Shown here: positions 1 through 14,183 of the stretch, one piece after another
Position numbering within the stretch: position 1 is the stretch's first letter
Layout of the letters: each line of letters starts with the position of its first letter
The notes under the pieces: model-generated
What the model was told of the DNA's origin: nothing
Database searches by the model: none
The model's input: only the letters and a program-made list of their open reading frames with translations
Source of the DNA: Ramazzottius varieornatus
Taxonomy: Eukaryota; Animalia; Tardigrada
Assembly: GCA_001949185.1 (NCBI GenBank)
Contig: BDGG01000001.1
Coordinates: 8,279,220 to 8,343,066, forward strand
Direction: 5' to 3'
DNA length: 63,847 nt
Position numbers and translations under genes: made by a program

Positions 1-1388
1 AGTTCAAATCGTCGTGCCTTTTCAGCGTCTTCCATCCGCAGCTTGTCCCTGTCAAATTCCAGCAGTTCTCTTCGGACACTCCGTTCAGCAGCGTTGTCCA
101 GCATCGTTTCGCGATGCATCTTCAGCTTGATTTCTAGTTCCTTCACTTGCTGCGCTTTCTTAAGTTCCAAGTATTCGTCGACAGGTTCCGTTTTACGTTT
201 CTTGTACGGCGCAACTAGATGTAACTTCTTTGGGCTTGGTTTCTTTCTCACTGGTGAGCCACCGTCCTGTTCATCCGCTGTGTCCGACTCTAAACGCAGA
301 AACAAAATTTGAAAAGTATGGTACTTTGTGAGTAGAAATCGAGGGACTCATATGCTGAGCATACTGTGAACTGGGGTGATTACTATATTGTATAACACAT
401 GATGAATCAAAGCTCAAACCAATCAATCAACATATACCGTTAATCAAGACAGTGCGCTTTCTGATGGTGGCCAAGGCATCTTTCTGAATGGTCTGTACCA
501 GCACTTTGCTTTGCTCTTCCTTCTCCTTCTCAGCGCTGGCATTGTTCGTAGTAAAGTCTTCTTGTTCGATAAGGCTGTTCAGTAAGGTGTCTACTTCAGA
601 CAGGACAAGCGATCCGACTCCTGTAACTTTCTTTTCCGAATCGATACGACGAGCTTTCATCAACACCTTGACTCTTTCCCTGCAACGGCGATCGTCGAAG
701 GTTTCACCTTTGAAGTGGTCAGTCATCTCCACGGCTATCAAGCATCAGCTTTCCTTACGCTTGTTTAGGCTGTGACGGAATGGATTTTCTTTACTGGTAA
801 CACGCAAGAGCTGCGTATCCATACGCGACTGATAATCCACTGCAGTCTTCGCGGAAGTTTCTTTCTCCATCCTCTCGGCTTCTTTGTCGGCAGCAGATTT
901 CTTCGGTGGTCGACCACGCTTCTTCTTTGTCGACTCCGCCATGCTCCACCTAGATGTGTGAGTGAGAAGACACGGAACAACAAGATTCAAAACCAGTTAT
1001 CTTCAGAAAAGACTGAAATGAAATTGAGCATAAAAAATAGTGGTACTGGCAAAGAGTTTGCAGGCAGTAATAAGGCCACCAAGTTAAAAAAGTGTAGGCA
1101 AGCAAGCACTTTTGATTGCTTGCTTGATCGTTCTGACGGTCCGACGCTAACCGGGCACAATTCACGGTTGTCTACGGCTGCTGCCAGCAAAAGCAATTAT
1201 TCACGGGTATTAGTGCTCATTACAAATCGACGGAGAATTTCCTTCGTGATTCACGAACGAAACCCCCATTCGTTTCGTGAATAGCGACATGAATTACAAA
1301 TTCAAAATGTTTAAACATTTTTAATAGCAATCGTTTCGTTTGAAGCTTCGTTTGTTTGACCCGTCTCGTGAATTTTGCAAGGTCTCTA
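1..1388 (-). mobile_element. PIF/Harbinger-like DNA transposon remnant carrying a pseudogenised Myb/SANT-like accessory gene
   Basis: ORFs 745-990 and 427-741 are in frame and separated by one TGA (RKES*CLIAVEM, likely a former TGG). The joined text (DTQLLRVTSKENPF...W..IA..M...DDRRCRERVKVLMK...TG...SEVDTLL) fits Myb/SANT-like proteins of Harbinger elements. Subterminal CACGAACGA/TTCGTTTCG repeats at 1250-1370 end in GGTCTC-TAA. Confidence 0.55.
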
Positions 1389-4300
1389 ATATCCTCGAGT
1401 AATCCTTCAGCTGGCAGATGCCGTAGAGGAACGTAATTCGTGCCCGGCTAGCGTGGGGCTTCCGTTCCGGACAATCAAACGATCAAAATGCATTTTGGCC
1501 AGCTTTTCTTTAACTTGGTGGGCTAATTACTGCCAAGCAGTTCACCATGGCGGACTTGAATTCCTTTCACCCGTCGTTTCGCGCAGAGTGGTGCTAGCTT
1601 TGCAACTTCTGAAAGATTCTAACGAACGCTTTCCGAAACAATAATTTTTAAAATCCATTAGTGCTTGTTTTTTAAATTCTTCTATTAGTTTTGCAATTCC
1701 CCTATTCAGGCGCACGGACGCGAGTGCTCATGCGATGTATGTACTGTATTCAGGGTCTCAGTATGACTTGGCCGATTTTTGGGGGGTAACTTTGAAGTTT
1801 CTTTCTGTGTTCGTCCTGGGACTTTTCGATTAGTTTCGAAAAAGTATTCTGAGCAATGTATAGACTCTTTGTGTTTCTTTCGTATACAAGCGGATTTCTT
1901 ACGATTAGACTGGGAGGAGACAGCTGGAGCGAAAGAAGTCGAGAAAAGTCTTTGCTTACCTCCTCTTCTCTGTGATGTTTTGTGGTTGAAAGTAATCTGG
2001 CACGAGAAATAATTTAGTTCTTCAGATGCTCAAAGCCAGTATCATCCAATCGAGGCTCAAAACCTTCTAACTGCAACTCGTACAGTTTCTAAAAAACAAA
2101 TTTTTAAAAATGCTCCCGAAAAAACCGACCAGAGCGTTGCGCCACTTCAGTGAGGGTAATTATTTTTAATTCTTCTGCTTCCGAACTTATTCAAAGTCTT
2201 CGGCGGTAGTGTCAGAAAGTACCTCAAACTCCTAGATATCCATATGCGGAAACGAGTCTGGATCGTAGTCTCCGTGAGTTTAGGGGAACCCGCCTTTCAT
2301 GTGCAGGTTTCGTCTTACTTTTCGACTGGATATACCGGACTCTTTTGCAAAAGCTCTAACCGGGCTTTTGAGAGGATTGAGTATGGTGCTCTGTCTGCCA
2401 TATTTGGTAGACTTTTGAAGGCTCAGGCGTGGACAATAAAAATAGTTTCATTTTGAACCAAAATGTTTTCGAAACTATAGCGTCGACATAGCTATTTTTC
2501 TGAACTGCAGCCGCGACAGATTCAATTATCCACGAGCAGATCTAGAGAACAGAACCTTGTACTGTAGTGCAGAAAAGGAAGCGAAGAGGTAACTTAATTC
2601 ACTTCGGAGAAAAATTTAAAAAATTTACAAAACATTAAAAAAAAGTTTTAAAATTAGACGTGAAGAAACGGACAAGTCATACTGAAACCCCTCATATTTG
2701 ATTGTCTTGCCCTTCAGCGAGATGCGGTCATGTAACGCACTACCTTACAGGTGATGGGAGGAGGCACGCGCACTAATCTTAGGCTTGTGAACCAATCAGA
2801 GACTCTGGAGATCTCTGGTGCGGCACAGCATTATGGCTGTATTCGAATTTCCAAACTTTTACGAGGATCTGAGACTTGAAGTTCGGCTTCGAGGATCAAG
2901 TTTGATTGACTACTCAGCTGCGCCGTTTGGTGATCAGTGGTTCTTGATATACCACGTGTTAGGAGTGCCGGCGGCAACACTTTCCTACACGTACGCTGAT
3001 GAGGTATGGGCCAACAAAAATTTTAGGGCAGGCCTGTTCGCTACGGCGGCACGGGTAGATGCTTTTGCTGCGAATAACATTTCTTGCTTTGTTGGGTTCC
3101 ATGTTTGGACCGTTAGGGCCGTAGACTTTATTGTTTGATAGATAAAGAAGGTGCGCATTTGGGAAGCGTCAAATACCCACTTCTGGGAAAATTTCCCTGT
3201 CTCGCTGGAAAAGGTCCAATGCCTCGAGCAGGTAATAATCTGTTATCAGGAGGATCCTACTATAAGAAGCCTGAATGGGAAATTCCAGTTCCTGCTCCTG
3301 CAATTTTGCGGAAGTGTTTTGTTCAGAGTGCATTCCGGAGCAGACATGCCACAGTAGTGAGTCCCCTCCGTCAATTAATTTCGTTTGTTCAACGGGAAGG
3401 TTTCCATAAATAATGCCTGTTCCAAAGAGGACTAGAATAACGTTATCGCTTTGTTAGCTGAAAGAGACTTATAGCGGTCAGGCGTGTGAGGTGGCCATCA
3501 AAATACAACCATGATTCTCTTTCAGTGACGCTCACTGTTCGAACTTTTCTGTCGTGGTTTGCCTCTGACAAAACATACCATCTCTCGCTCAGAAATCTTC
3601 CATAGAGTGTCGGTGTTGTCCCGGATAGCAGTGCGGTCTGCTATCGGCTCGCTCTTGTTTGCAATCCGGAAAGGGAAAAAGGACAAAACGCTGCGTTATT
3701 TTCGGGGTGCGCGAACTAAGTGGGGCACTAAATTCTCACGTGTTTTCGCCCTCCTCATCTTATCTAAATTAACTATGAGACTTTAGGGAGGCCCAACTTA
3801 GTCCTGTAAGAATTACACCAAAGTGTGGGAAGAATCGGGTATGATATGATCGGTGAGCACGTTGTCGTCCACTTTCGATTTCAGTCTTCCGTAAGGGTAG
3901 CTTTTGAATGGAAAATCCCAAGAACGAAACCGATCGACCCGATAACCCAGGGTAAAACTGTTAGGTGTTTCATCATTCATCATTCATCTAACACTGATCT
4001 GATTTTGTCGGCGGTGCGAGATGCGTTCTGCCTCGATAAACTTCAAACACCAAAATCCTCGAAATTTCACTTATGCATGACTCCCGTCGAAATAATTCCT
4101 GGCACACTTCAGAGCTGATAAACCGCAGTAATAGTACTCGGACCAGGTACGCGAAAACAAACAAGAGAAGTACTTTAAAGTGCCAATGATGCGGGACAGG
4201 TTTGGGCCCGGGTGCGTGTAAAAAGACCGCGCGGATGGTGGGTGAAATATCTGGTCAACGTGTGTATCGATCAGCTGATCGCTATGACATTTGCGCATTT

Positions 4301-4779
4301 AAAAGTAAGACCTCAAGAGAACCATCACTTTGCTTTCACCTTTTAGGATCACAAACGCTGGACACCGCAGGAAAATATCCCCTCGATGGAACTCGTGAAT
4401 CCAGCCAAGACCACGGACATACGCGACCTTCCCATAAAACTTTCCTCACCAGCACCTCTTTACTGTAATCTGAGGATAACGATTCAAGGCAGCGGCGGGG
4501 CAGGATTATCCTCCGAAGTCCAAATTTGGGCGTGAGGGGGGACGCAATAGACGCTGGCTATTCGGACCGAAAAGGGGAGCGGGGGCAAAAAAGCCTACTG
4601 TTATTTTGCCCGGAGGAGCGAAACAGCCGGACACCATTTTGCCAAGAGTGGGAAAAATAGCCATTCCGAATAAATATCCACACTACGCGTGCGCATCTTC
4701 TTGCAGTTGGCATGCTCTGCTCATAGTGCGCCCACGTCGCTCCGTCCCCCGTTTCGAAAAAGATTGTGAGAGACCGTGG

Positions 4780-5300
4780 AACCAAAGTGGGGCTGCCTTT
4801 TCGTACAGCCACATCCTGGAATGCGAGAAAGCCTTCGACCGTGCCGACCATCGAAGGAGCCTTGAAGGAATCGGAACTGATGGATCGCTCATCGCCCTCA
4901 TCAGCAGTTACCTGACCGACAGAAAGCAAATCGCGTTGGTGCATGGTGTCCCTTCGGAGGAAGTGACAGTCACAAGGGGAGTGCCTCTGGTTCGATCCTT
5001 GGACCTCTGTTGGACAACCCCTTGGGGAACTCAGCCGAGGCCGTCGTTGGATCGTCGAGGACAGGGCTGAAGTTCTCCGCAGACGATAGCGCAATGTACC
5101 GTATCATTCGCGGTCAGAAAGATGAGGTTGAGCTACAGCAAGACCTGACAGCTTGGTGAGCTGGGCTGTCGACTGGAAGGTGAGATTCAACCCTTCAAAG
5201 TCTGTCCACCTTTGGTTCTCCGCACGAAAAAAAGCTCTCCCGCGCCACCGTACCTGCTGGGTGACTCGGTTGTTCCGCAGAAAGCGGGGCGTCAGCCCCC
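4780..5300 (+). pseudogene. Degenerate non-LTR (CR1/L2/jockey-like) reverse transcriptase fragment
   Basis: KAFDRADH, LISSYLTDRKQIALVHG...VTRGVP, then frameshifted FSADDSAMYR and WAVDWKVRFNPSKSVHL, which are LINE RT motifs. Confidence 0.75.
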
Positions 5301-6493
5301 TCCGGACAGATATATCTTGACCGACGCTTTCAAGTGCTGCAGATCTTTCCCAGTTACTGGTCGGAAAGTACTTGGTCGCGAGATGTTCGGCGACCAGATT
5401 TGGGTTAGAACCGACGGTGCGTCGTTCACCGGACAAACCTGGTCTTCAGACAGGGCGGAAACGTCCTTCCCCACCACTTTCACCTGGCACTCGCCTCGGT
5501 CATGGCATAAATTCCAGTAGGCATCTTAATTCTCCTCGGAAGGCAAAGTTGAGCTTGAAGAGCCGAACGTGTAGCGTACAGTGATGCAGAACCCTTCGGA
5601 AACCCGCTCGACAGACCATGGGATGACGAAAGACATGCGGAATGGACGATGGTCGAAAAGCATGCTTTACAATAATTCCAGAACGCCTTCAAAAAAGGCA
5701 GCACTACAGTAATGCTAGCTGTTCCCCGCCTCGACGTGTAGATAAGTGATTTGATGGTACCATAAGGCATTCTTGGAAGCAAGTTTATACCTATCCAATA
5801 GATCGGCGAACTCATGCCGTAAACAAAGCCACCAGTTTCTTTGCCAGGGCCACAATACGTTCATTTGGCATGGCGTACCTCCACCATCGTCATATCTGCT
5901 GCAGTTCCACTTACGGTCCATCGCGAAGGCAGCTTGTCTCCAAAACGGCGCTGATTCCCTGGATGGTGCAGCATGCCAGCGCGAACATACTCTGTAAAGA
6001 GAAGACTAGTAGAAGACCAGCAGATAGTACAGTATATGGACGCCTCACAGTATCGATAAATTTTCAATGTCCTAGTTTCAGTATCAGCTTTTACCATGGA
6101 AGATGCCGGCTAAACACGCGACTGGTATGGGCGAAGACTGGTAAGATCATAGGACTCTTGCGCCTCAAACTCCCTAACGTCTTGTTTGTCTATTCTAACA
6201 TATCTCGGTATCACCAGCGCTCCCGGAAGTGCCACGTTGTTGCTACAGAGGAAGTACAAAACAGCGAACGAACAGTATCAACGCTTCATGTTGTTCGGAG
6301 ATCGACAAGCTCTGTACGAGTAGTAAAACCTCAAAGCCTAGGAGATAAGCAAAAGGAAGAAGCCCATATCGAACGCAACACCACAAATGGAGACCACCAG
6401 TAAAGAAAGCGCTGCAACGAAAGAGCTACCCCATCTAAACTAATAACAAAAAAGCGACAAAGGAATATGCAAAGGTGTGGCATTCAACTCAAC

Positions 6494-9400
6494 CTAAAAA
6501 TGTCCAAGGTATGGCTTCTTCTCCAGACGGCTCTTCCCACTGAAAAGCAAAGAAAAACCACACCATGGATAAGGTTCCTACGTAGATTCAAGCAGGGTGT
6601 TCTTACTCATTGTCTTTGTAAATCTTGTAGTAGAAGTCGACAAGTGGCCCAGTGTTGGCCGTATTGAGGATATTGAGGAAGTCGGCGTCGTGGGTGATGA
6701 TGATCAGTTGGAACCTGTGACGTTGTTGTTCGTACTGCCGAGTTCGGATAAGCCTACGAAAAACAAACATATATTTCAGCTTACATAACAGCCAGCTGTT
6801 TTTGAACTAAGAGGGTCTCCAATGCGACTGACATACCGAGAAAGTGACTTCGCCAAGTGCTCGATGTTCTCGCGGTCCAGGTTTGTCGTCGGTTCGTCCA
6901 AAGCCAAAATGCCGCAGTTCAGAGCAAAAGCTTCAGCCAAAGCTAGCCGAATGATCAAGCAAGCCAACACCTGTCAACCAAGAATCCGAGATGAAAGGGA
7001 AGCTCGGCAGACGCATTCGACAGGATACTTTCTCCAAGTGGCGCACGCCTTTAGCCAACATCACCAAGAGCATGCGCCACTTGGGAGAACAATCAAACTC
7101 GACAGACTCGTCTTTCCAAGTGGCGCACGCTGTCAGTCAACGAAACAGAAAATGTGCGCCACCTGGGAGGACAATATTGTCGAGTTCGTTTGCCTAATTC
7201 TCAAATGGCTGGAAAAAATCCGATCAAGAGGGCCTTTATTTTATAAAGTCTGACTGCGATATTTTTCGCTTATGGTTCTGTGAATGTTACCCGTTGACCA
7301 GCACTGCAGCGACCTCGCATATCCAACGCTGTATCGCCACTGACCATCACAACCTGCAATGAAAAACCAATTTAGTTAGCTTTTAGCGAAAGTAGACTAC
7401 GGATGAAACGAGCAGTGGACAGGAGCTTACCCGATAGTTGTGGTTGCGTCGAGACTTCTCGCCTTCGATACCACTTTCGTCCGCGTCCGAGCGAATTTCC
7501 ACGTAGTCGATATCGTTGCCCTGATAGGTACTCTGCCACAATTCCCTCAAAATCTTGTTGATTTCCTCTACAAAACAACCCCTCAAGTATAAACTTACTA
7601 ATGTTGTTTTCAGCAAACCATAAAAAAAACTCACCCATTTTGACAGAGTGGAACTTCATAACAGCAAAGTCCAACGCCTTGTAAAACTTTTCCACGTCCT
7701 TCATCGCCAAATCTAGAACCTGCCCAACCAAAAAGACTTTAGTTTCATTCACCAACTATTTCACACTTCGATGTTTCTTTCTAACGGATTTGAGACCTAG
7801 CATACAGATTCGACCAGTTCATTTTTCTTCTGTGGCGCACAGCCCCAGCCAATAACACTAAGAACATGCGCCACTTCGACAAGCAACCAGACTCGAAACG
7901 ATAATTTTTTTCCAGGTGGCGTAAGTTAGCCGAAAACGTGCGCCACTCGGGAAAACTGACAAGATCGTCTACCCAAGTGGCGCACGCATTCAGCCGATAA
8001 CTGTGGTAACGTGCGCCACTTGGGAGACCGACCTGGTCGAATTTGTTCACTGGGCCGCAATTTGCCTCTTAGATAACTCACCTTGCATTTCTGGACAGCT
8101 TCGGAATGATACTTATCGGCATTCTTGTAGTAGTCCACTTCGAGCTCCTTCTGGCGCGACTTCATGGTCCGATCCAACTCTGTGAACCTTCCTTGCGACT
8201 TGTACAACTAAATCGGAACACAAGAAGGCCATTAGTACACAAGTCAACAACTTTCTTAGCTTCAAGAGAGTGCGCAAAGGGATGGAAGTAGGCGTGCCAC
8301 GTCTCAGTTCTCCAGTACCTCTTCGTTGCACTTGGTAAGACTGTCGAAAAGAGCCTTGCACTCCTCCTTCAGCTCGGGGATCTTGAACGTCTCAATGTGC
8401 TTGGTCAGTTCGTCAGATGTATGCTGATGCTTGGACAAATCGTCCCTTCGCTCGCGGAGTGTCAAGTTATCTTGCAGCGTCTGATCTCTCGTCTGTGAAA
8501 ATCCCAACACAAAAATATATCACGTATCAATCTTCATCGATTCGACAAGATCGTTTCTTCCAGTTGGCGCACACTCCTAGCGAATAAAACCAAAAACGTG
8601 CGCCACTTGAGGGAAAAATCTTGTCGAGTTTGTCTACCGGGATCTAAACACAGAAACAATTCAAGAAGCAAAAACTGTTTGGATTTTAGTGCATGACCTC
8701 ACTTTCGGGAAGACTTACCGCCACGTTGTCGAGTTCTTTTTCCGTCTTGTGCAGTTCCTCTTTCAGCGCCACTTGATCAGCTTCCTTGGCGGCAATGTCC
8801 GCCTTGATCGTTTCGGCATCTTCCTGGGCTGTCTTTAACTTGCTGGCAATATCCTTCCTTTCGTACCTGAAGACAGCAAAAGCACTATTAGATATTACAA
8901 TTTTCAGGAAGACGTTCGAAGCTTGCACTCACTCTTTCTCTCTAGCTGCGAACTTGGTCAAATCCTTCTGGCCGTCCTTCGAGGTCGACACCTTGTGCTC
9001 ATACTCCTTCAGATTCTCCGCAATGCGAGCTTGTACCATTCCACGATGCGTCGTGAACGTCTCGATGGACGTCTATTGAAAGAACATTCCACGAAGATGA
9101 ACAGAAATAACATACGACAGAAGGTATACTGCATACAGCGTACCACAGTGCACCCATCATCGCGCTGTATGCAGGCGGATGATTCATAAAAAAAACACCA
9201 CATGCATACAGGCACCGCAGTAAGTCTCATCAGAAGCTGTATGCAGGTGGGTGATTTCTGCACCGATTCTTACCTTCAACGGCTCGACTTTTGTCGTGTT
9301 ATCAGCCACTTCCTTCTCGGCGTTCTTGATCTCAGACGTCAGCTCGGTGATCTGGTGTTCCATCTTGAGGCGTTCTTGGAGCTTTTCGGAGATCTTGAGC

Positions 9401-12400
9401 TTCTGATCGCGGAAAGTGTTCAGCTCGTTCTTCAGCTTGTTCATCTTGTCCTCGTGCTTCGACAGAGTACTCCTGTCTTTCTCCAACGCTTCCTCAATCT
9501 TCTCGATCTCGGCCTCCATAGCTTCCTTCTCGGCTTTAATCACTTCTAACGTCCTCGGATCTAATAAGCGAACCAGATATCCAGGTTTAAGATACCATCA
9601 GCAAAGAAACTCAACAAGATCGTTTTCACAAGTGGCGCACACTGCCAGCCGACAGCACCGAAAGATTGCGCCACTTGGGAAAAACTAACTTGGTTGTTTT
9701 CCAAAGTAGCGCACGCTCTCGGTTCACAACACTAAACATGTTCGTCAAGAAATATTCCTCGAGAGATATTCGAATATGGTGTTATTTTAGAATTTTGAAT
9801 TCCTTTACCGGCTGATTTGTCGAGTTTGTTCGTCAGGTTGGTCATTTCCTTCTCGTTCTTTCTCAGGTCGTTCAAGAGACTGTCCAGCTTCATGGCGTCG
9901 GGTTGCGACGAAGCGCAGACCTGTTGCAAACGTCCCGAGACTTCAGCAGTGGTCTCCAAGTCTTCCTTCTCTTTCCTCAAAGCGCTAGCCTCTTCGACAA
10001 CTTTCTTCAGCTTGGCCTTCAGTTCTGCGTCCGTCTTCCTGAGACTGTCCAGCTTCTTGGCTTCAGGCATGAACGCCACAATCTTGTCGCGCTTCTCATT
10101 ACGGAGGGCGATCTTGGCTTGAAGCGTGCTAATCAGTGTGGGAACTTCCTTCAGTGTATTCTCAAGCTGGAAAAAACGAACAACATTCCAATCTCGTTCC
10201 CAAAATGGTTGATGAACGATCGCCTGTCATGTGAGAGATTCTCGAGCGGTAAACCTCCTTTGTCAGGAAAGCCGCATACACCGTGCGATACATTCAATAC
10301 GATACGCACGAGCATAGGTGCATGTCGCACCTAATGCGCCACATTGTGTGCACCTACCCGAAAACCGATCTGCATACATGCGCACCATGGCATTCGTACA
10401 ACTGAATGTATGCAGGTATGTGATATTTAATGGAATAACAATTTTCAGCTTCGCTGTTTCAGTTTGAGTTGTAGAGGATCGTTCTTACCTCTTCGGCCAG
10501 TTCGGTGGCTTCCGCAGGTTCAGCAAAGCCTCGATGGCAAGTAGGGCAGCACGGTTTCTCGACATCTTTCTTGAGCAAGATCTCTCGGTAGCCCTTCAAG
10601 ACGTGCGTCTTGCCCTGCCACTCGGCCAGTTCCTTCTGCGACTGCTGAATCTCATCGTCCAGCTTGCTCAGCGACTGATGAATGTCCACTCCGCTTGCGC
10701 TGGTCAGTTTTTCCAACTCTTCCTCGATGGTTTTGATTTTGGACTCGGTCTTCTCGATGTCCTTCTTCAAGCTAGCGCGATCTTGGTCTTTGAGGGCAAT
10801 CTTCGTCTCCGTCTTCGCCACAGCCTTCTTGGCTTCTTCCGCTGCCTTTGTCGAGTCTTTCGTCTCACGGTCCACTCGAGCTTTCAGTTCCTCGTTCGTA
10901 ACATTATCTGGAAATCAACCAACTTTAACTTTCAACCATCTGCATACCCCAAGTCCGCTGCCAATCATTATTGTTGTTTATGCAAGTGCGTGCAGAACGA
11001 AATGGCGACCACCTTACCGCCTATTCTGTCGAGGAAAGGTTGAAGTTTGCTTCGCTGCTTGTCCACCATTTCCTTCTTTTCAGCCTTCTGCTTCTCTAGC
11101 ACTTCAATCTTGGTAAAGAGTTCTTGCTGGCTTTCCTTCTTCTTGACGATGTCTTTCAGGTTCTTCATCTGCTCGTTGACGGCCTTCTTTCGGTCGGTCT
11201 GAGCGCTAATCTTTGTCTTCAACTCTTCGGTGTTGACCTCGCCCTTGGTCTGCTCGATCGTAGCCTCATGCGTCGCGATCTTGCCTTTGAAAAGTCAGAA
11301 GGCATGGTTAAATATCGAAACGCAAAAGAACGCCACCATCTCATAAACCTGCATACAACAAGTGCCGAGAAATTCGAGCATGCAGGTGCATGACAGACAC
11401 AAGCATTTTGCGTATTCTTACCTTCGAGGACGGTCAGCTTGCTGGTCTGGGCCTCCATGTCTTCCAGTTCCGCCTGGATTTCCTCTTTCTTCTGCTTCTT
11501 AGCACGGATATCTTTGTTGGTCTTGAGGATAGCCCTTTGCAGGTTTTCCAGCTCCTGTTTCTTGGACATGATGTTTTGAGTGATGGCTTCAACCTCCTCG
11601 TCGCCAGCTGCTTTCTGTTTCCTCAGCTCTTCTTCCGCTTGAGCCACGATCTCAGCGAAATCTTTACCGAAAGACTCAACTTCACCTGGCAAGTACTCCG
11701 GCGTATCCATATACACTACAAGAATATCAATTCACTTAGACCTGACATCCAGCACAACTCGCGCACACCTCCGAACACACAGCATCGGTTATGCGCAAGT
11801 TGACCAGTACTCGGCTATTCGTGACCACTCGCGCACAGTCCCGCGTATTGTGTAAAACAGTATGCGCAACCTCGTCCGAAATATCCATTTCCAGGAGAAA
11901 TTTAACAAAAACGAGGTGGTATATTTTTACACTGAACGTTTCTTAGTCCGAAAGGGAGCTTACTTTTCATGCCAAAGGTCGTGGCCAGCTGCTTCATCAA
12001 CGCGTCTCGTTCCTTTCCCATCTTCTCGTGCTGATCAGCGAGAGCCGAATACTGCCCGATCTCCGTGCTGGTAACCGAAGCTTTCTTCCGGAGCTCAATT
12101 AGTTTCTTGTCCAACTCGGTCGATCGCTTCTTTCCCTACCGAACCAAACCGTGAACACTCACACCACGTACAGAGAACTATTTCTGATTCCGAACAGAGC
12201 TTACTCGCTCAAGCGTCTTCTTCTGTTCGCCCACGACGTCCTTCGAGCTCTTGATCTCTTCTCGAAGTTCGTCCGTGGTCTTTTCGTACTCTTGACCAAG
12301 ACGCTTCTCCAAGTCAGCAATCTTGGCCTTGATGGTCTCCATCTGCATCTTCAGCTTGTCTGCAACCACACCAGACCTTCATAATAAACAGCATTTCTTC

Positions 12401-14183
12401 CTGGTCAATTCCGATGACAAAGTTTGGCTAGGACATACCGGACTGTTTCTCCAGCTTGGCAGCTTCGTTCAGCTTTCCAGTAACCTCGCTCTGTTTGGAT
12501 TCCAGCTCCTTCTTCTTATCCTTCAGCTCAGAGAGTGACTTTTCCAGTCCTTCGGCTTCTAATTTAGCCGCAGCCAGGTCAACACGTTTCTGTTGGAAGA
12601 AAGCAAGAGTTGCGAAAATCACATTCGGAAGGCGAAAAAACCACCCCAGAGGAACCTACGGCTTCTGCTTCTTTGTACCGAATGCGCTTCTCCTCTTTCC
12701 GTTCCTCTGCAGCCTTCAGCTCAACTTTCTGTACAGCGAATACCCCACTGAAAACTCTTACGACACAAGCTCCCTGGGAAGCCTGCCAAAACCTACGTCT
12801 CTTTTCTTGAGCTCTCTGAATTCCTCCAGAGCCTTGATGTATCTGAAAGGGAGATCGTTGGCATCAATTCTGCCATCAGCTCAGATCCCCGCTCACAAAA
12901 TCAACTTACCTGGTGGCAGAAAAGATTTCGTCAAACTTATCCTTCAGTTTGGCTCCTTGGTCCAAAGGCCTGTATGGAATACGAAAATGAACAAAGATAC
13001 AGAAGGCAGACGAAATAAACGGGACAATTATGATAAATCGAAAGGGATTAGAAGCGACGTACCAATCGGACTCTTCTTGATGGCAAAAGATGACGCTGTT
13101 GATGATGGGCTTCGATACTCCCAGAATGCTTTGTATCTGCGGTCAGCTGCACCATCAGCAAATGGAACTTGACAAACTTTCAAAGAGAAATCGGAGCTTT
13201 TCGATGCCATACTCACAGTGTTGTTGCTCTGTTCGACCGTGAACGGTGTAATCTGCTTCTTTCCATTCTCGAACCTATGAAGAGTCGACTCCAAAGTCTT
13301 GAACTTGACATCTTGGGGTCCCTACACGCCACAAGCAGTTGGGATAAATACCTCTCGTCCAACTTCTGTCATACAGTACTGAAATTAACTCTGAAAATAT
13401 CGCTGCGCTCACTTTTGCTCCTTTGGCCAGTTTGCCTTCTGCTGTCCTGGTCAAGAGGTACTCCTTGTTATCGGCTCCGATGAAACGCAGCGCTACTTGA
13501 CCACGGACTTGTTGTTCATGGCTCAGCTAAAGGGAAGATGAAACATCGCGGTGACAGACCGGAAATCGTTCAAAAATGCCCACACTCGAACCTTCCAGCC
13601 AGAATACTCACCTTTGGATCATGTACAAATGCAGATCCTCGGTTGCTATTGGGAGGTACTTCTCCGGTAGTTGCGAACTTTAGGCATTCGATCACAGTCT
13701 GCAAAAACAAAGAGCACCAGTGATGATTAGGACGGAACAAAAACTCACAAACTGATACATTTCAATCACTGGAGCAATTAGGTCAAAATTTGACTTGATT
13801 AATTTTTGTCGCCATAGTACTGCATCAACCTGGATTTTAGGAAATAACGGTGAAGCAATCAAATGCAGAACCAGAACAACACAATGTCAATGTCGACTGT
13901 TTGTCCACTTGATTGTTTTATTGGTTCTCACCGTTTTTCCCGTTCCATTTGGGCCAAGAATGAGAGTAACAGGCGACATCCAGTCGATATGGCCGACATC
14001 CGAAGCAGGTGATCCAAAGCTACGAAAACCCTGAATGTCTAGTGTACGAAGAGCAACTCCGAAGCGATGATCGTCGGAACTCGGCATCTCCTGCGTGAGA
14101 AGAGTGTCATCTTCCAGAACTTCGGCTGTCCGCTTCTTCGTCGTGCCAACAGCCGCCGGCCGAGCAGTAACGGTGGCAGACAT
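6494..14183 (-). CDS. RAD50: DNA repair protein RAD50 (multi-exon)
   Basis: IQGFRSFG, Walker A GPNGTGKT, long coiled coils, zinc hook CPTC (~10540), signature MRGRCSAGQ, Walker [18 protein letters not shown]-loop QLIIITHD; last exon [14 protein letters not shown]. Confidence 0.97.

Noticed and set aside
742-744. TGA recoding (Trp or Sec)
   Set aside because: A single case in a transposon remnant; TGA is a normal stop in the host genes
5480-6403. Several 70-180-aa ORFs downstream of RAD50
   Set aside because: No recognisable motif or coherent exon chain
6822-8050. ORFs with recurring QVAH / KWRT / CATW / RHL peptides as a protein family
   Set aside because: These are translations of the class A DNA repeat in different frames
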